From an uncultured Gemmatimonadaceae bacterium (lineage in GTDB: Bacteria; Gemmatimonadota; Gemmatimonadetes; Gemmatimonadales; Gemmatimonadaceae): 64,000 bases of DNA. The notes under the pieces were generated by a model that was given only the letters and a program-made list of their open reading frames with translations, searched no databases and was not told where the DNA came from. The position numbers and the translations under genes were made by a program. Location: NCBI GenBank assembly GCA_963822945.1, contig CAWGJO010000020.1:768001-832000 (forward strand), given 5' to 3'. Positions 60,240 through 64,000 of the stretch are shown here, piece by piece; positions within the stretch are counted from its first letter, which is position 1; the number at the start of each line of letters is the position of its first letter.

Positions 60240-63200
60240 CTAGAACGCGTACTTCAACTGGAACTGCAACTGGTAGTTGGACGACAGGTTGTTGGGGTTC
60301 CAGGTCTTGAAACTCGGGTCGAAGGTATAAACCGGTGCACCGGTGGCCAGGTTGCCGCCGGCGAGACTCCGGTAGCCGAGCAGCGTCTGGGCGCCGCCGA
60401 AGGTGGTGTACTGCTGATGGCCCCAGTTGTTGTTGAGCAGGTTGAGGAAGTTGAACACCTGCAATTCAAGTGAGATGTTGTGGAGCCGGCCGGCGCCGAA
60501 GCTCTGACGCACGGCGAGGTTCACGAGGTTCGTCCACGGCGTCGTACAGCTGTTGCGGGCCATGATATGACCGCGCTGGCTGTTCAGGCAGGGGTTGGAC
60601 TTGATGAAGTTCTCGAATGCCTGTGCCTGCTGGGCGGCCGTGACGCTCTGGCCGTTGAAGGTCGCCGTTGCGAACTGCATCTGCGTCGGATCCGTCGCGT
60701 CGGTGGGTACGTAGATCGGGTCGTTCTGCGTGAACCCGTCACCGTTGATGTCACCGTTGACGACGTAGTCGATCGGCGAGCCGGAGCCACCCTGGTAGAT
60801 GGCGCTGAGATCGGTGCGGGTGGGGAAGCTGTAGGTGCCGGTGGCGACGATCCTGTGCTTCTGCTCGAAGAGCGAACGCGTGGCCGTGGCATCGGACTGA
60901 TCACCGGCCCAGTCGCGGCCGTAGCGGTACTGCGAATACGCGGTGCTGCTCGAGAGGCTCTGCGCGTCCCTGACGTGCGAGTAGGTGTAGAACACCGAGC
61001 CCTCGAACTGGTTGTAGAACCGCCGCTGCACGCCGGCGGTGAGGTTGTAGGCGTAGTCGTGCGACTGGTTGGAAACATCGAGCACGGTATTGCGGTCGGT
61101 GTGCTTGAGCACCGGGTTGAACGGCGTCAGACCGTACAGCACGCGACCGTGCGCGTCGGTCCCCTGCGGGCCGGCGAGGGCGATGTTCTGGTAGAATGGG
61201 TTGTTGATACCCTTGGTGTACATGGCCTCGAGCGTTCCGATCCAGTGGTCCGCAAGCTGGCGATCGTAGCCCAGCGTCAAGCGGGCGTTCTGGGGGAACT
61301 TGAGGTTCTTGCTGAGCAGGTCGATTTCACCACCGGCGGATGGCGTCAAGCCATTAGCGCAAGCCTGCGGCGGAGTGGTAACGGCTGCCGACGAGAACGC
61401 AGGTGCGTTCGCACCGTTACACGTGAGCACGCCGACGCCAACGCTGCCGGAGTTCTGGAAGGCGTTTCCGAGCCAGACGTAGGCCGGGCGACCGGTGAAG
61501 AGGCCGATGCCGCCGCGGAGTTGGTTCTTCTGATCGCCGGTCACGTCCCAGTTGAAGCCGACGCGCGGCGACCACTGGATGTTGCCCGACGGCACGTCCT
61601 GCGTATTGCGGCCGAGGGAATCGAACACGGACTGGTTGAACGGCGGCTTGGAGAAGAAGATCGGGTCGTCCATGCGCAAGTCCGTAGGTGACCGAAAGCT
61701 GGCTGGACACGGTCCACTCGTCCTCAACGTAGGCGGCGTAGTTGCCGGCGCGGAAACGCACGGCCCCGTCGCCCGACAGCGGAACGCCGACGACGTACTG
61801 GCGAGCGATGCCCTGGTTGAGGGAGTCGAGCGTGCCGAAGGTCCAGACACCGTAGGACGCCTGGGTGAACAGATTGCGAACCTTGTACCACTGGCCGGTG
61901 GCGCCGAAGGTGACACGGTGCGAGGCACCCACGGGGATGGTGTAGTTGTCGGTCAGTTCGATGAGGTCCTGATCGAGCTGGTTCCCCTGCGAGTACCGCT
62001 CGGCTCCGTCGACGATGCCGTAACCGCCGTTGTAGACGGTGACCTGAGGCGCGATCACGCCCGGGATTCCGGCGGTCGCGAATCGTCTCGTAGTTGACGA
62101 GCAATTCGTTGAAGCTGCCGTTGTCGAACAGGGTACGTAGCTGGGCGACGGCGGCATTCTTCTTGGACGAGAAGTGATAGCCGTTGTTGTCGAGCTGGAA
62201 GGTGGAGGCCGAGCGGCTAAAGATGTCCTGCACGGCACGGCCGTAGTTGTCGCGGATCACGAGCTGGGTGTTGCCCGGGAGATTGAAATCGAAGCGGGCG
62301 AACACGTTGGCGAGTGGGTTGCCGTTGTTGACGAGTGCGCCTGAGCCGGTGGGCATGCCATAGGCTGCCAGGGCCTGGTTGACCTGATCGACATTGGCCT
62401 GTGAGGGGCCGGGGAGGGAGCCGCCCACATACGGTCCGTTGGCGGGAGACGTACGGGCCTGCCACTCTGCGTCGACGAAGAACAGCGCCCTGTCCTTGAT
62501 GAGCGGGCCGCCGATGTTGAAACCGCCCTGCGACTGCTTGTAGTTGGTGATGTAGGGTTGGCTGCGCGTATAGCCCTGATTGCGCGTGGTGCCGTACATC
62601 GATCCGTGCCATTCGTTGGTACCGCTCTTGGTGACGGCGTTGACGAGAAGGCCGGAGAAGTTGCCCTGGCGGACATCGAAGGGCGAGAGCAGGACCTGGT
62701 ACTCCTTGACCGCGCCGAGCCCGATGGACTTCCCGTTGGCCTGTCCGCCCGGCTGACCGGTGGAACCGAGGCCGAACAGGTCGGCTTCGGTGGAACCGTC
62801 GATCTGGATGTTGTTGTACCGGTTGTTGGTGCCGCCGCCGGAGAGGCCAGGGCCGGCGGTGGAAACCTGGGGTGTGAGGACGACGAAGTCGGTGAAATTG
62901 CCGTTCAGCGTCGGCAGCCGGCGCAGCGCCGAGTCGGAGATCGTGGTCGTGACGCCGGTGTGCGACGACGACATCACGGGGTCCTGATTGGCGACGACGT
63001 TGACGGCCTGGAGTTGAGTGGCCTGCGTGACGAGCTCGAAATCGACGCGAGTCACCTGGCTGAGGACGACGACGATATTGTCGCGTGTCTGCGGCTGAAA
63101 GCCGATGCGGCGCACGGTCACCGAATAGCGGCTTCCGACTTCGAGGCCGGGTACCGTATAGCGTCCGTCGGTACGAGTCGTGACACGGCTCGTGAAACCG

Positions 63201-63373
63201 GTGGTCCGGTTGACGACCTGGATCTGGGCGCCTTCGACGCCCATGTGCTGGTCGCTCGTCACGGTGCCGGAGATGGCGCCGGTGGTGACACCCTGCGCGG
63301 CCAGCGCCGCAGGCGTCGCGATCGCGAAAGCGACGGCGACCAGCCCGCGGAGCGTCCAACGAGGAATCGACAT
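60240..63373 (-). CDS. TonB-dependent receptor (Oar/carboxypeptidase-regulatory-like N-terminus), split by two frameshifts near 62063 and 61680
   Basis: Signal peptide, G.ISGTV, NNIQIDG, NAVTKSGTNEWHG, SPRVGFNWD, C-terminal Y.F; three overlapping ORFs join into one protein. Confidence 0.9.
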
Positions 63374-63722
63374 ATGGTTTTCCTGAAATGAGGGGCGGTG
63401 CTTCGTGTGACGCCGCGACAGCCGCTGTGGCCATCACGCGCGACGGCGTCAGTGAAACCGGACATTCAACGGCGGCGGTCACGTTTTGGAGTAGAGCCGC
63501 TGTAACGAGGCCGTCACCGAAGAGCGTCCCGATGTCCGTCGCCGCTGCGAGAAGTGGCGATGAATGTAGAAGCGGGGTTCACGGAAGGCGAGGTGATTTC
63601 CGAGAACGCGAATGACACGGCATGTCATTCCCTGGGGGCGCATACATTGGGCTCCAACGTTCTTCTCGGCGCCCGGCGCGCGTGTTCCGGCACCCGCGGT
63701 CGTCCCGGCAGGGCCGGAAACA

Positions 63723-63752
63723 CGACGGGCCGCCCGTGTGGGCGGCCCGTCG
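63723..63752 (-). terminator. Intrinsic terminator of the upstream TonB receptor paralog
   Basis: CGACGGGCCGCCC-GTGT-GGGCGGCCCGTCG perfect 13-bp stem. Confidence 0.8.
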
Positions 63753-63775
63753 AGATGCTCAGCTTGTAGCTGTGA

Positions 63776-64000
63776 TCAGAACGCGTACTTCACGAAGAAC
63801 TGGAGCTGGTAATTGGACGCCAGATTGTTGGGGTTCCAGGTCTTGAAGTTCGGGTCGAAGGTGTAGATGGGCTGGCCGGTGAGCAGATCCGCGCCGGTGT
63901 GGCCCCGGTAGTTCAACAAGCCCTGGGCGCCGCCGAAGGTGGTGTACTGCTGATGGCCCCAGTTGTTGTTGAGCAGGTTGAGGAAGTTGAAGACCTGCAG
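63776..64000 (-). CDS. TonB-dependent receptor paralog, C-terminal end only
   Basis: LQVFNFLNLLNNNWGHQQYTTFGGAQ...NYQLQFFVKYAF*, near-identical to the C-terminus of the neighbouring gene. Confidence 0.9.
   Translation of the reverse strand: MQVFNFLNLLNNNWGHQQYTTFGGAQGLLNYRGHTGADLLTGQPIYTFDPNFKTWNPNNLASNYQLQFFVKYAF

Overview
This window is the replication-origin region of a high-GC bacterium. Gene content and protein style suggest Gemmatimonadota, which is inference only. It is almost all core genome, and I saw no mobile element, CRISPR array or tRNA. Left to right: partial ispG; a degenerate HD protein; msrC; a complete his operon (hisGDCHABFN-IE) with a His-rich leader peptide and attenuator; a secreted M16 peptidase pair; murB; mnmG-SIMPL-parS-parA-parB; a BMP ABC transporter with an embedded nif3; a type IV pilin with a sigma54-type promoter; polA; a Ser/Thr kinase, histidine kinase and pseudo-receiver-AraC trio; RNase P RNA; dnaN-oriC-dnaA; rpmH-rnpA-yidD-yidC-mnmE; upp; a beta-CASP nuclease; a cytoplasmic M16 pair with NUDIX; ECF sigma and anti-sigma; holA; a SPOR protein; mutS; CBS; ddl; a QueE-like protein; rhomboid; queF; and tandem TonB-dependent receptors. 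The most notable candidates are (1) a beta-clamp-binding-like motif (QMDFF) inside DnaA itself, (2) a QueE homolog that has lost the radical-SAM cysteine motif, near a QueF with a 14-residue active-site insert, (3) a near-leaderless His attenuator, and (4) two further probable pseudo-proteins (the HD domain and the receiver domain). Frameshifts in ddl and a TonB receptor look like assembly indels.
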